Shown piece after piece: positions 11,865 to 24,219 of a stretch of DNA of 64,000 nucleotides. The notes beneath the pieces are model-generated. The model did not search any database. It was not told the DNA's origin and saw only the letters and a program-made list of their open reading frames with translations. Position 1 is the first letter of the stretch; the number at the start of each line of letters is the position of its first letter. The position numbers were made by a program, and so were the translations under genes. Source of the DNA: Pocillopora damicornis (taxonomy: Eukaryota); contig NW_020844867.1 in assembly GCF_003704095.1 (NCBI RefSeq), positions 62,001 through 126,000 on the forward strand, given 5' to 3'.

Positions 11865-13527
11865 AGAGTACTGGATGATTATTCAAGACTGGATCGAGCT
11901 AGCTGGTTCATAGAATACAAATTTTTTGGTTGGCTTGACTTTTTAAAAAACGTTTCCTTCATGTCAAGGGAAGTCGCACTACCGACATGAGAAAGAGGCA
12001 ATTTGGCCTTACATCACATAGGGGTTTCAAATTGCGTGACAAGTCATTTAGGACGAGTTAAGTTAAGGTGTCTGGTGGGTTCCTTGGCAGGGACTAGACA
12101 CTTATGTCAGGCCAGGGCAATTGCATTGGAGCTTATGTATTCTAAATTTCACTCCAAATGATTTGAGTACTTCATAATGATAGACATTATTTTGAGTATT
12201 GCACTTCTACTCTTAGATTCAACTTGCTGCATTGCTTGGCTATAACTGACGAGCTATTAGCCAATGGGTATGCTGACATTTGTGCATGTATATTATTAGA
12301 GAACGAAATCACACGATTTCGGGTGCTATTCGGAGGAGTAAAATATTTTCATAAAGGCCAAAAAAATTGCCTGAGATGGAAGGAAAGTCGAGTGCAGTTT
12401 GTCACGGTGTTTGAAAAATTCAGGAATACTGTTTGTTCTCCATTATGCAAGAACTGGTAATCTCTTGTCAAAAACCTATCGTTTACTGTACAGGTAAACC
12501 CGTGGTTATTTTATAAAAGCAATAGACTGGGCTATCCATCGGTTTATTGGTGTAATAACCAGCGCAGGATTTTGGTTGGAATCAAGAAAGAAGGTGTTTA
12601 TCTCTTGTCTTATGATCGAATGCTTACAGGCGACAATGTATAGAAAAGATTGCGCCAGTTTCCAGCAGTTGTACTGATATTCGGTAACAGTAGGGGGAAA
12701 ATGAAGATAAAATCTGGAAGCGTCGCAGTAATTTGCACGCCCAAACGAGCCAATATACGAGAGATGTTCTCTAAGTTTTCAAAGCGAAATTTTTAGAACG
12801 ATACGATTAAAATCGTCATGTGTTGTAAAGACTAAGCCTTCATGTCGTCATTTTAATAACTGCTGAGGTCTGGCTAATAAATAATATAATCATGATGTAA
12901 TCCTATTATAATTGTAGGCTTCCAGAACCTTCTAACACAGAATTATGACAGTTTCTTTGAGGAAGCGATTTTACGTAGATACTAGAACTTTTTGTTGTCA
13001 TTTTAAGAACTGCAGAGAACTTGCTAATAGATAATGTAATTTATAATGTAATTTTATCAAAAAGAGTTATTTCAAAGGCTTCCACAACCTTCTAGAATTG
13101 TGGAAGTTTCTTCTAGAAAGCTTTACTCACGCACTGTATGATATGATATTGACGTAATCTCATTAAGAGAATTATCTCTCAGGCTTCTAGAACCTTCTAG
13201 AGTTCTAGTAAGTACTTTTATGAACACAAGGATATTTTAGGCATAGATATGCAGCCTTGCAAAGATTTTTACTCGGAGAGTACCTTTTTTCCGCTCAGAT
13301 ATATGACAATTAATGTTCAAGTTAAAAATATGCCAGGACTAATCATCTTAAATGTGTGCGCGTTTTGTTTTTTTTCGCGGTTGACGCCTGGAATCGCTTG
13401 CGAAGGTATGTTGCACAAATGCTGTCTACGCCTTGAAGACAAATGTATAAAACGGTTTAATTAAACGATTTTTCCTGAAAGTGCACGTCATTCTGGTGGA
13501 ATGTTCGGGGGCTTTAGTGTATACATA

Positions 13528-13627
13528 NNNNNNNNNNNNNNNNNNNNNNNNNNNNNNNNNNNNNNNNNNNNNNNNNNNNNNNNNNNNNNNNNNNNNNNNN
13601 NNNNNNNNNNNNNNNNNNNNNNNNNNN
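13528..13627. other. Assembly gap (100 N)
   Basis: Run of N. Confidence 1.
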
Positions 13628-15113
13628 TTTTAGAATGAAACGATACCTAGCGCTCGTCGCCTAAATCCAAATGGCCTCTTACGTATTCTTCTATTATCCC
13701 ACTCAAGTTCGCAGGGATATGCTTGATCAGAAACCTTCATTGTTTGTTTTTTTGTTTGTTTGTTTTCTTCTCTGTCTACTTTCCTTTTCTCTTGCTTGTT
13801 TGTTGCAAAACGTAATTCAGGAAGAGCTGATCACGGGCAGGTTCATTCCCAGAGCTTCTTAACAATCATATTTTGAAACAGTATTTTCCAAAACACTTCT
13901 TAGTTTCGGTAAGAAGACGCTGTTAGGAACTTGAGCCCACGTTTATCCCCAGTATGAACATTCTCCCTCGGGGTAATTGAAGCCCAGACACGACAGAGCG
14001 GGGGAAATCGCGACTACATCTGCCTGAACGTCAAATGATATTTTACTATCAAAATAGAAAAATCCAAATTCGCCTTCGGCTATCTTAGCTCTTCCTACCG
14101 AGATTTCATAATAATGAAACAAGGTGTTGAGATCGCTGTCAATCAAACGAGATTCGCAATATTGCAAAAGGGTCTTCCATTTCCCTTTGTAAATTAAGTG
14201 AAATATCCATCCGTCTCCCGTAAAATCTCGTTTAATTTCGCTTTTGTTACATCTACTAGTACAATGTATTTGTTAATTGTACGAGAAAATCGTTGAACAA
14301 TCAGAGAATTTCTGTCAAGGAATGTTATGAACGTGGCTCTATTCTTGAATTTGATATGCTAATGATACTTTTGCCTGCTCTGAAACCAGAGACTGAGAAT
14401 ATAAAATATTTGCCTACGGCAACTTCTACATGTTGAGCCAAAGAAAAAAATACAAGGTACATCAAGTATTTCCGTAAGCTTTTTTTAGACACAGCAAGGA
14501 GAGATCTCATGCATGCACCCCCATAACTGATCAAATTAATAGTTTACGACTTCAAGTAATAAACGGATTCTAACCAGGGAACCACAATTTTCCAACCTTG
14601 GGACGATTGAGATTGAGAGCAAGTATTCCCTGTCAAGGAATTAACGTCATGTGCCCTTGGGCACATCAGAGTTGTCAGCCTGTGGTTTATAGAGGTAAAA
14701 GTATCCGACGTGACTGGAGGAAATCACAAAATTTATTTCAAAGCCAAAATTACGAGTGTGGTTCCCCTTATTAGTAAATATTTATAAAATGTTTGCATGC
14801 TGACCCGGTTGTACGTGCAGCTATCTTACTCTAACAAGGAAGTTTACATGAAGAATTGACGTCTATGTCATTTTTACGGCATACAATTTAGTTACTCATC
14901 ACCTCAATTGGAACAACCTAAGCATATGAAAGTGTGATGATTCTCCAGCGATGCAAAGTGCTTGAAATGATTTAAGTCAAAAATTTCAGATATAAAGAAC
15001 AAAATATGATTTACTGCCGATAGTTGAAGTGATATCATGATCGTCGCCTGATAATTGCTCAGGACTATACAGGCATTATCCACAGCAGAGGAACACCTCG
15101 CAGCAACTGTGTC

Positions 15114-15123
15114 GGAAATTCCC
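15114..15123 (-). promoter_or_regulatory. Candidate NF-kB site GGGAATTTCC
   Basis: Exact match to the GGGRNWYYCC consensus, ~3 kb upstream of the paralog-2 ATG. Motif match only. Confidence 0.3.
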
Positions 15124-16358
15124 ATTTACTGACTCAAACGTGATACTCAGATAAAGAAAAAAATGCAGAATAAAACTAGGTGCAGGAACTGCGTGCCATA
15201 ACAGTTATTTGCGATCAGTAAATACAATCGCATCGCATGGGAAGAATCTAATTTGTTTTTCTCCGATGATTCTGGCATATTTTCCAAAAGACATGATTGA
15301 TGTTTCCTAATTCAGTCGTCAATAAATCTAAATGTGAATGATGTCTAATCAATTTTTCACTCAGTAAGTCAATAGCGCTCTAATAAGTGAAAATCTACTA
15401 AGTATTGGCACAAAATGTAGAATGTGCAGCATGTAAAAAATTTTGCCTATGTAAACTTTACAGTTTTTTCTTCAATCCACCAAAGGATAAACTGCAGGGA
15501 TAGGGTCACGCGAAAAGGAAATCAAACAAAATTAGAACGAAAATTGTTTATTACCTTCAACTCGACGGAAATTTAATTAAAAGTTTGGCGGTCCGAGTTC
15601 TAGGGTCAGATAAATTTATGCCAAAACATTTGAACATTGTACTCTTGAGCGTCACCCCTGAAAATTACGCTAAAAAACTTTTGTATGTGCTCAATGTAAT
15701 TTTCAATTGGCAAAACTTGTTACGAATAAAAGGCTTATCGAAGTTCAGAACTCAACATTTTAGTGGATGACATTCCTAAAGTGCACACAGGAATAGCAGG
15801 CTCACTGTTGACAGTACTCAGGCGACAGAATTTATCCCCTATTGAACTGTAACATCAAGGGAATTTGAAGAAGTTTAGTCATTATGCGAGCATTATGCTC
15901 ACTATTCTGACCATGGCTTTATGCCCGAAATTATCCCGGAATAATTTATCTGACCCGACCGACTTCTAGCAGGGGGCGATGAAGAGCGGACGTATTTAAG
16001 ACCGTTTTTAATGAACGCCACTGTAATTCCGCTGTACTCCTAGGTCACTAAGTTAAAAATCCTACGTTTCCTTCCTTGCTCACGTGGTACCACTTGAAAA
16101 AAAACCAAGAAAATCGCAAATTTCAGCCCGATTTAAATCCACTTGAAACATAGGAGAAGAGGAATGGAAAGTGGTGGGTCTTGCAGGAGACGAAAGAGAG
16201 GTTAATATAGCAAGACCTCGAAAAAAAAAACGGCGCAAATTGAACTTCCAAACACCTACTTTCTTACCATTTTTCTATGCAGCTGATTTTAGTATTTCGG
16301 GAAAATTGAATTAAACCAGATTGCTGTAAACACGACTTCAAGGTTTACTGAACGTAAA

Positions 16359-16368
16359 GGAAAATCCC
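16359..16368 (-). promoter_or_regulatory. Candidate NF-kB site GGGATTTTCC
   Basis: Exact match to GGGRNWYYCC, ~1.7 kb upstream of the paralog-2 ATG (a gap intervenes). Motif match only. Confidence 0.3.
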
Positions 16369-16678
16369 GCTTGTTATGATAAGATTGACGACTAGACTTG
16401 CATAATCGAAAAGAGTACATGGGAAATTACGTCTGGGGCGGGATTAATGTCTCATGTCTCAATATTCACGGCAAGAGATGACATTATTCATAGCCTGTAG
16501 TTCAAAAAGCAGGACTGGACGCGGAGATAGCTACCCACGCAATAAAGGTTCATTATATCCCCTTGGGATAATTTTTTTTTTTCCTACTGAGATGATGGAA
16601 ATAGTTGTGGGTAGCAAAAGTACGTGCTTTGATTGCGGGGTTCTTTGCAGTCTCTCCAAAGATGTCACACCTATATAT

Positions 16679-16778
16679 NNNNNNNNNNNNNNNNNNNNNN
16701 NNNNNNNNNNNNNNNNNNNNNNNNNNNNNNNNNNNNNNNNNNNNNNNNNNNNNNNNNNNNNNNNNNNNNNNNNNNNNN
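16679..16778. other. Assembly gap (100 N)
   Basis: Run of N. Confidence 1.
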
Positions 16779-18086
16779 GGGGGGGGAGAGTTTATAGTTC
16801 ATCAAGCTACGTGCCTACCAAAGATCATTTGCGTAGTTAATTGGCAGAAGCAAACCTCTCGTGGTCGATTTTTAATCCCGGATAAGAAGATAGAAGTTCA
16901 AACAGAATAATCCAACATTCTATTAATTATCATAATAAGTTCGTTAACCGCAATCCTGATCATTATTTGGCACGAGATTGAATATTCTGACGAAACGAGT
17001 TTAAGCTGCGCGCGCAATAGTTTCCAAGACACACTGTAACGCGGGGGTGGGGAGGGGGCTGTGCGGGAGTGCTAAATGTGCAGTCTGTCTTCATTTCCTT
17101 CGGCTTATATATTATTGAGTGTTTCTTTCCTTTGAAAAATATTGTTTCAGGGTTTAAATATATCTACAGGTACGTTTTGAAATCCAAACTGTATATTTGC
17201 TTTGGTTTGTTTGATTATAATTCACAAAAAACGATAAAATTCAAAAATTGAAATTTTGCTCACGTAAAATTAAGGAACGCAATTTAACACCTAACATGAT
17301 CGCTAAAGTCTAACAAAACCGCCCTTTAGAATGTTTTTTTCCGCCTTTAGATTTTATTTCAAGTAATTAACCTCGATTGATAAACAATGGCGTGGGAAAA
17401 ACCACTTTGAAATACACCTATAAAGAACTAGATATAATGAGAGGGAATGTCCAGTCCCCCAATTACACTTCCTTTGCAGCACTCGTTCCAAGTGTTTCAG
17501 ACAATTTACAAAAATACGCCCACAATTGTGAAGTCAAAAAAGGTTATGAAATCTTGTTCTTTTTTATGAGATTTATCGGAAGATCCGTTTCGAGAACATT
17601 GAGTTATTTTAGTTTCTAGAAAAGCTCATGGAGATTTTGAAGACATTGATTATCTTTTTCTGTTGAAAGATCTCTAACGCGAACGTTGGAAGAACAGTAA
17701 AACGGTTAAGGTTAACTTCTATGTATTTTATGGGGTTTAGTGACATCACGGCTGAGATGTCATTCATCGTCTTAGTCATCTAAAGAGGATCAAGATTTGT
17801 CCTTGTAATTTTTTTTTCTTCTGTTTAATTAGATCAAGCAGATTAAATGACTGTTTCCGGGCGGAACTTTTAACAGGGCTGAAGTGTTAACAAGTAATTG
17901 CTTTAGACCTTCCAATACGTCGGCGAAATTCTTGAGGTACCAAGAGAGATTGAACAAATATCTCTTTTTACCACAAATAAATAAGCGTGGGCGGTCAGCA
18001 AGCATGCACAAATTCTGTGCCGAAAGGTATAAAATCAAAACCATCGAATCGGTGCAGCAGTGTGTTGTCAACGTGGTGAAGGAAGG

Positions 18087-21000
18087 ATGACAAATCTAGC
18101 GAAAAGCTCCGGTCTCTGCCTGATTGATGTTCTTTTGCTGAGTTTTCTGTCATCTTTGATGATTCAAGGTATGTTTAATGGTCACGACAGCTAACATTTA
18201 GATTCCTGATTCCGGATTCCTGATTCCTCTTGTAAACGTCTTTTTGTTTTGTTTCGTTTTTTGTTTATTTGTTTCTTTGCTTGACCGTTGCACATCGTTA
18301 AGACATTAAAATAATGAACGCAGGCATAATTTTATATCTGTTCCCAGATAAAATATAAAAAAAGTTCCCTCACCTTACATCACTTAATAAGAACTTGTAA
18401 TCCAGACACGTGATGAAAGCCTTCGATGAGATCATGATATCTCAAAAATAAATTTTAATATTTCAAATACAAAAATAGTGTCATAAAAATGGGGCTTCTT
18501 TCCTTACTATATTTCATGACTGTTAGTTAATTTTTTCTCCCGGTTATACAGCTTACCTAAGCTTCATTCGGAAAAGAACATTTTTTTAAATTCATGTACC
18601 GGGCAAAGCCATGACTGAGTCACCCAGCATCATTAATGCACAGACGTGCCTTCGCTTCATCCAATTTATTTAAAGATTTAATTTGATTTTAGAAAGATAC
18701 AATGTCTGACTTTAAGTAAATAAGTTGAAGCTACAGAGGTCCTTGTAACAAGAAATTGAACATGAGAAACTTTGTACTTTGTATTATTCAGAACTGAAGA
18801 TTACAGAAGAACTGTCGAAACATGTTTTTAAAAAGTGTCTTTCATTTTCTTAAATTCGTTACATCTCTGCTACTATTCGGGCCTTTCATATTTTGAAAAT
18901 GAACCACATGTTAATTTTGTCTCGTCTGCAGTTTTTTAGATGCAACAACGTTCTTCAGAAATAAAAGAACGAACAGTTTTTTCGGACAGACTGTTAAGAG
19001 ATTGTACAGAGCAGAAATTGCGATACATTTAGTTAAACTCGGTATGATAAACATTCCCGTTATATAAACTACCCTAGAAATGTTCACGCTCGTCGTATTA
19101 CGGCTCAGCTTCTAAGCCATCTGTAAGATGCAATGCACAGGACCAAGATATCAACCGCTGACATACCTCATTGAAAGGAAGGTCACAAAAGCATTTTTGA
19201 TTAACAGCGAAAATAACCAGACTTGCCATGAATGAACCCACTTAAGCCGAACGTTTTTGGTCTTTGAGTATCTTTAAAGAGAATGGAATAAACTGGTGGT
19301 GTTCCGATACCTCTACATGCTACCAAGATACTTAATGAAATCCCATGCAGGATCGGTTTCACATGCATCCTGCCTTCGTTTAGGAATAGCAACGATAAAA
19401 CGTTTTCTTTTATGAAACAGGTAACAAAAGTTCTCTCACCATGTTAGAAAAAAGGATAAGATAGTAAAAAAGAGTATATCATGACTGAGTTGTAGCAATG
19501 CTGAGGAACAAAGAAACGTGGGGTAAAAAATTGTTTGACAAGAAGTACGTGACTTGCTCTCCAGGGCTGTCCTTCGTCATCCAACGTCGGTGGAAGGAAA
19601 AATTAATACCTCTCTCTTTAATTTGTTGTCGCCTTTAAGTCCGAGGCAATTATACTCAGAGATATCTTTCAATTAACTGACAAATACAACTTGAACTACG
19701 GGTATGATGAATCCTCTTTTCCAGTTCCAGCAAGCTTTACAAGAAATCGCCATTGTTTTACGATGATAACGGAAAAAGCATGGCGGGTATCCTTAAACGC
19801 CTGCCTGCTCTCTTTAAGACTAACAAAGAATTGCTCCGAGGAATTTGTCTCTATTTTCTGTGTTCCACATGTATGGCAATACCATATATAACAACGCCAC
19901 TTTAATTCAGCCACGAATTACATAAAAATTAAACACAATACTATGTGTATGAATGAATGTGAACATTTTTTCGTTTTGCTAACACACTGCTTAAAGCAGA
20001 TGAAACAGAAATACCGTGTATAATAACAGACATATTTAGAGACATGTGAAAGCGGGCAGATTCCAGGTGCAAGGAAGACAGAACTTAAAGCGAACCTGCA
20101 AGCAAGGTTTTCAGAAAGATCATCCATTAAAGACTGACATAAGCGTTGGATGTACTGTAAGTCCAAAAGCAATTGCCAGAGAACAAAGTTGCTTCTCTTC
20201 AAGAACCGGCAATAACTAAACATTTTCTTGTATGGCGCAGAATCCTGGAATATGACGAAGACCATATCAGCCACACATTACGACTTCAACACGGACAAAG
20301 TGTGTAATTCATTAAGAATTCCGGTTTTAATTAACACATGCGCAATGAGGCGCTAGAATTACCCAGGGACACTGGACACCACTAAGTATCCTAGCGACCG
20401 ATTGCAGATTCATCAAAATAAATTGACTGGCTTAATCGATCGCAAACCTGTTTTGATCGCATGAGCTAAACGTACGGTTGACTAAAATCGTGATGGCACT
20501 TCCACAAACTGTGGGCTTCAAAGCTGAAGCAGTCGATGAAGAAGGAGTTTGGTGTACGTGCACTGTTGAAGAAGTAGACGATGATTACGTGATCGTTTCC
20601 TTTGACGGCTGGAATGAGTGGAATCGCCGCGTTTGTGATCCACGAGAGATCAGGGATCGAACATTGCCTGATCGGAAAAGAAAGCGAAGAAACCCCTCCC
20701 TTCAGTGAACAATGTCTTCGCTTTAAGGAGACCGAATTTTACTTCTAAATATCAAGCGACTTCTTGCTGAGTAAGAAGTCTCCTAGAACAGATGCCTGAG
20801 CAGAAGAATCTCCGAAGATGAGCTGCGCAGAAGAACGGGTACAAATCCAATCACCCAGAAAGTTCGGAGAAGAAGATAGAGATCGATCGGCACCGTGATC
20901 CGAATGCTACCATCAGTTCTGCTCAGAGTCGCCCTCCGACGACCGACGAACGAAAGGCAGTCCCAAGGAAACATGGAGAGAGCCGTAGAAAGGGAAATGA

Positions 21001-23422
21001 GCGACAGAGGCAGAACATGGGGATAGCTTGACCGTCTGGCAACCGACAGAATTCGATGGTGTTCTCAGGCTTTGGCTTAATGCGTAAAGACGTTCGCAGA
21101 ACACTGACTTCTAACTAATACAATACATAATAGAACACGTACCATCATGGCAGTCGGGACGTGTCTTTATGTCTTCCGCATTTCCATAACGTTTTTCGTT
21201 CCCTTCGTTTTTCTCTGTTGAGCGCACCGAATAGTGCTAGGAAGAAAGTTATTCCCAGATAGTTAGAACATTTGTTCATGAATTCGAGTTAAATTTGAAC
21301 AAATTCCACCTTGATTTTCCATCTACATCGGCGTGATCCAGCCGCCATTTCGTTCCCTTACCTGACTTACCTACTCTACGATTCACACAGCCTCCCTTAA
21401 CCTAGTGGAAGTCAATTTTGTGTGTAGTGGTGATATTCATCCTCAGCCGGGAAAGAAAAAAAAGTCGGAATTGTACTGTGCCCCTCTATTCATTTCATTA
21501 CTGCGTTTCAAAATATACCATCTTTCTCATGTTCTACTTACTAACACGAGAATTGCGACATTGCTGATCGTATGAATATTCAGGATGCATGATAAATAGT
21601 TGACAAAGAGTTTTTGTGGCTCAGTGGAAGCGCATCGGGTAAACCGTGCATCGGAGCGCGGTTTACGAAGGTCTAGGCATTAAGACTTGGCAGTTTATCT
21701 TTGCCTAACGCCATTATTTTCTCTTCCAAATTCTTGTTTCCGAAAATACAGATGCGTCATCCGCACCAAGCACAAAGTGCGAAATAAAGTCTTCCTGCCC
21801 CCTGTCAGCGGGCTGCCAATTCACCAATCAGATGATAGTAGACCCAGGCTCCACTATTCCAACCAACTGCTCCATCTTCGCAGGAGGAAAGGCCAAAGTC
21901 GTGACCTGGAACCAAGCGAAACAGCGAGTTGGTACAAGTAATGGCGGCGTATCAGATCTGGTTTTGAAAAAAGTGAGTTCGTCGGCGAGTGGAAGTTATT
22001 CATGTGAATGCACCTCTGTCAATTTTACACGTAAGTATACCTCTCTATTAACGTCTGTTTTTCAACCTTTAAAGGAACACTGACACATTGCCTCAAATGA
22101 ATTTCCTTGTTACTTCAATATTCGGCATAGGAGTCGAGGTGGCTTAAGGATTTTTGTGCTTGACGTTGGATCGAAAGTCTGGATTGGAGACCTGGGCCCA
22201 GTTGTATAAAAGGGAAGATAACGCTATCCAACGGATAATTCGTTATCCAGCGGATAAGTGATAGAAAACGTACAGCGTTATCCACCGGATAGAGATTCAT
22301 TTAGTGGATAGTGTTATCCGACCTTTAAACAAACGAGTCCAGGCCAAGTCATTGTGCTGAGTTCTTGGGCAAAAAACTTGAATATTACAGTGCTTCCCTT
22401 GTAACAGGTGTTTAAATGAGTATTAGTGAACTGTCATTCAGGGAGGAGTAGTAATACTCCTAGTCGCTTAAAGAAATGAATAAGATCCGGCTGGATGGGT
22501 CACTTGCCTCGTGTACAGGCTTTTCCTAATTTAACTTTCATCAAGAGATAACTACTCAGTAACTTTATACATCTTATTTTATCCAGGCGATCTTCAAGTC
22601 ATTATGGGTAGTAGTACTCCGAATATCATTAAAAAACACAAAACGATTGACTTAAAATGCTACTTCTCTGGATGGCCCCTTCCTTCCAACGTAGAATGGT
22701 ACAAAGAGCAATGGCTGGTCAGTAACGTGACTTATAAACTGATCACAAATGGAACCAAAGGAATGTACCAAGAGCAAAAACAAACGCGGTGGAATGGTAT
22801 AGAAACGCTTCGTAGCATTCTCCATCTACCATCAGGAACCGAAGACCAAGAAGGATTCTACACCTGTAAGGCAAAGAGTAATATTGCAGGCTGGTCTAGT
22901 AGTGCATCATATACCATACAGATGATCTACGAATGTAAGTAATTTTCCGACTGCGATAAGAATAGCCTCTCTTCATGGCTAATCTTTTAAAGCTGCTCAA
23001 TAGACACTGAAAGTTCCCTTTAAAATGTTTCCTGAAACCCAGCCAAAATTATTTCCGTATATGACTAACCAAGAAGCATTTATTTTTATTTAGGTCCATT
23101 GCCACAATCCCCGACTGTTTCTTCCTCACAAATCTCGGCAAGCAAATTCTCGAATATCAGCCTAACATGTTTAGTTGATACCGATGAGAGTGGCTGCCCA
23201 GAGGAGCTTTACTGGTTTAAAAACAACGACCAAACATCCTTGGCGAGCGGCGGAAAGTACAACATAGCATTGAAAAACACTCACACCAAATGCCAACAGG
23301 AATTCATTCTGACAATTTTTAACGCAACCAAGAATGATGATGAAGGAAGGTACAGTTGCCACTGGATGTGCGAGTATGAAGACACGAAGAAAGCTTTCAT
23401 TGACCTCAAAGTATCTGCTTGA
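18087..23422 (+). CDS. Secreted three-Ig-domain protein, TM/TIR-less paralog of the IL-1R-like gene (paralog 2)
   Basis: Exons 18087-18168 (MTNLAKSSGLCLIDVLLLSFLSSLMIQ, signal peptide), 21752-22030 (Ig1: TNCS..VTW..DLVL..GSYSCEC), 22587-22934 (Ig2), 23094-23422 (Ig3, ends DLKVSA-TGA). All introns are phase 1 GT-AG; 345 aa. Ig2 and Ig3 align clearly with paralog 1, including extra cysteines. Confidence 0.8.
18794..18826 (+). ncRNA. Minimal hammerhead-ribozyme-like motif, probably in a Penelope-like relic
   Basis: CTGAAGA-t-tacag/aagaa/ctgtc-GAAAC-at-GTT: core boxes, stem II with one mismatch, palindromic stem III (acatgt). Confidence 0.4.
20150..21110 (+). mobile_element. Decayed RTE-clade non-LTR retrotransposon 3' end, split by a 494-bp insertion
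   Basis: Translations KSK..QRTKLLLFK..IFLYGAESWNMTKTIS (20160-20275), then NRCL..ISEDELRRRTG..RVALR..GSPKETWR..VEREM..RGRTWG..LATDR..W (20770-21060), match the RTE ORF C-terminus; stops and frameshifts present. Confidence 0.75.
20493..20708 (+). CDS. Small Tudor/MBT (Royal-family)-like ORF with NLS, inside the insertion in the RTE relic
   Basis: 71 aa MALPQTVGFKAEAVDEEGVWCTCTVEEVDDDYVIVSFDGWNEWNRR...RKRKRR. The G.K.EAVD...V..V....V.V.FDGW pattern is characteristic of MBT/Tudor folds. May be a captured fragment rather than a functional gene. Confidence 0.5.
   Translation: MALPQTVGFKAEAVDEEGVWCTCTVEEVDDDYVIVSFDGWNEWNRRVCDPREIRDRTLPDRKRKRRNPSLQ
22130..22523 (+). mobile_element. tRNA-derived CORE-type SINE containing a nested MITE
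   Basis: Decayed tRNA head, core gttcttgggcaaaaaactt...cagtgcttc...gtttaaatgagta, tail ggagtagtaatactcctagtcgctt...gatgggtcacttgcctcgtgtacaggcttt. Confidence 0.65.
22195..22340. mobile_element. MITE with ggataa/ttatcc subrepeats nested in the SINE
   Basis: Imperfect TIR ggcccagttgtataaaagg / cctttaaacaaacgagtcc; repeated tatccaNcggata palindromic units. Confidence 0.7.
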
Positions 23423-24219
23423 TTGGCAACAGGTGAGAATGTTTTTAAACGGAATCATTCTTCCCTAGACTGAATCACTTCATGGCATTGTGATAGAAAT
23501 GCAATAATGCGGTCGCTTAGACGTTTCAACTAAACGTTATTTCCCGGTAAAATAAGTTAATGCAGAGGAGATGCTGAAATTTTTAAGTTAGATTAACAAC
23601 GTGAATAATGAACAACGTGAATAATGAACAACGTGAACAGAAACAAACCGTTGGTCAATTCGGTCTGGCTAATTCTTTAGCTTGACAGTGGATCTCCACT
23701 CTGATAAAACAGTGTCGTTTTTTGTTATCATTCCTGGTAGTGGAACAGTGCCTCGAGCGTTTTAAGGATTCTTGCCATAAATGATCGCAGTACAGATTGC
23801 GAACCACTCCATTGATGACTCGGAAATGAAAGCCAACAAAACTATCGAGTGCACGTGGAAAAAGGCATTTTAATTCAGAGCCACCCTCTAATTCTAAACC
23901 TAAATCATAAATAAATCAACGCTTCTTTTTATCGCAAATAGGGACACGTGTCACGATTACAATTCTTTGGTTATTTGCTTTTCAGTGGTTCCGATGTTTT
24001 AATGTGAATATTTTAGTAAGTTTTCTGTTTTGAGGTGTATATCTTAATAAGTTTAAAGATTAACATCCAAATCAAACTTATGAAAAATAATTTACCTCAG
24101 TAACTTAAATGAATGCTCCCTTAATGTTGAAGGGAATTTTAGAGGAACAGAGAAAATCAAAATATTGTCTTAGGTCATAGCGCTCAGCTTTTAATCCTTG
24201 ATTTTCCTATTGCTTGCAG

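Noticed and set aside
23420-23422. TGA as selenocysteine or readthrough restoring a membrane form
   Set aside because: Context TGA-TTG is not a known leaky one, no SECIS recognised, and the downstream exon no longer encodes a TM helix.
23595-23637. 16-bp tandem repeat aacaacgtgaataatg (~2.7 copies)
   Set aside because: Ordinary intronic slippage duplication.
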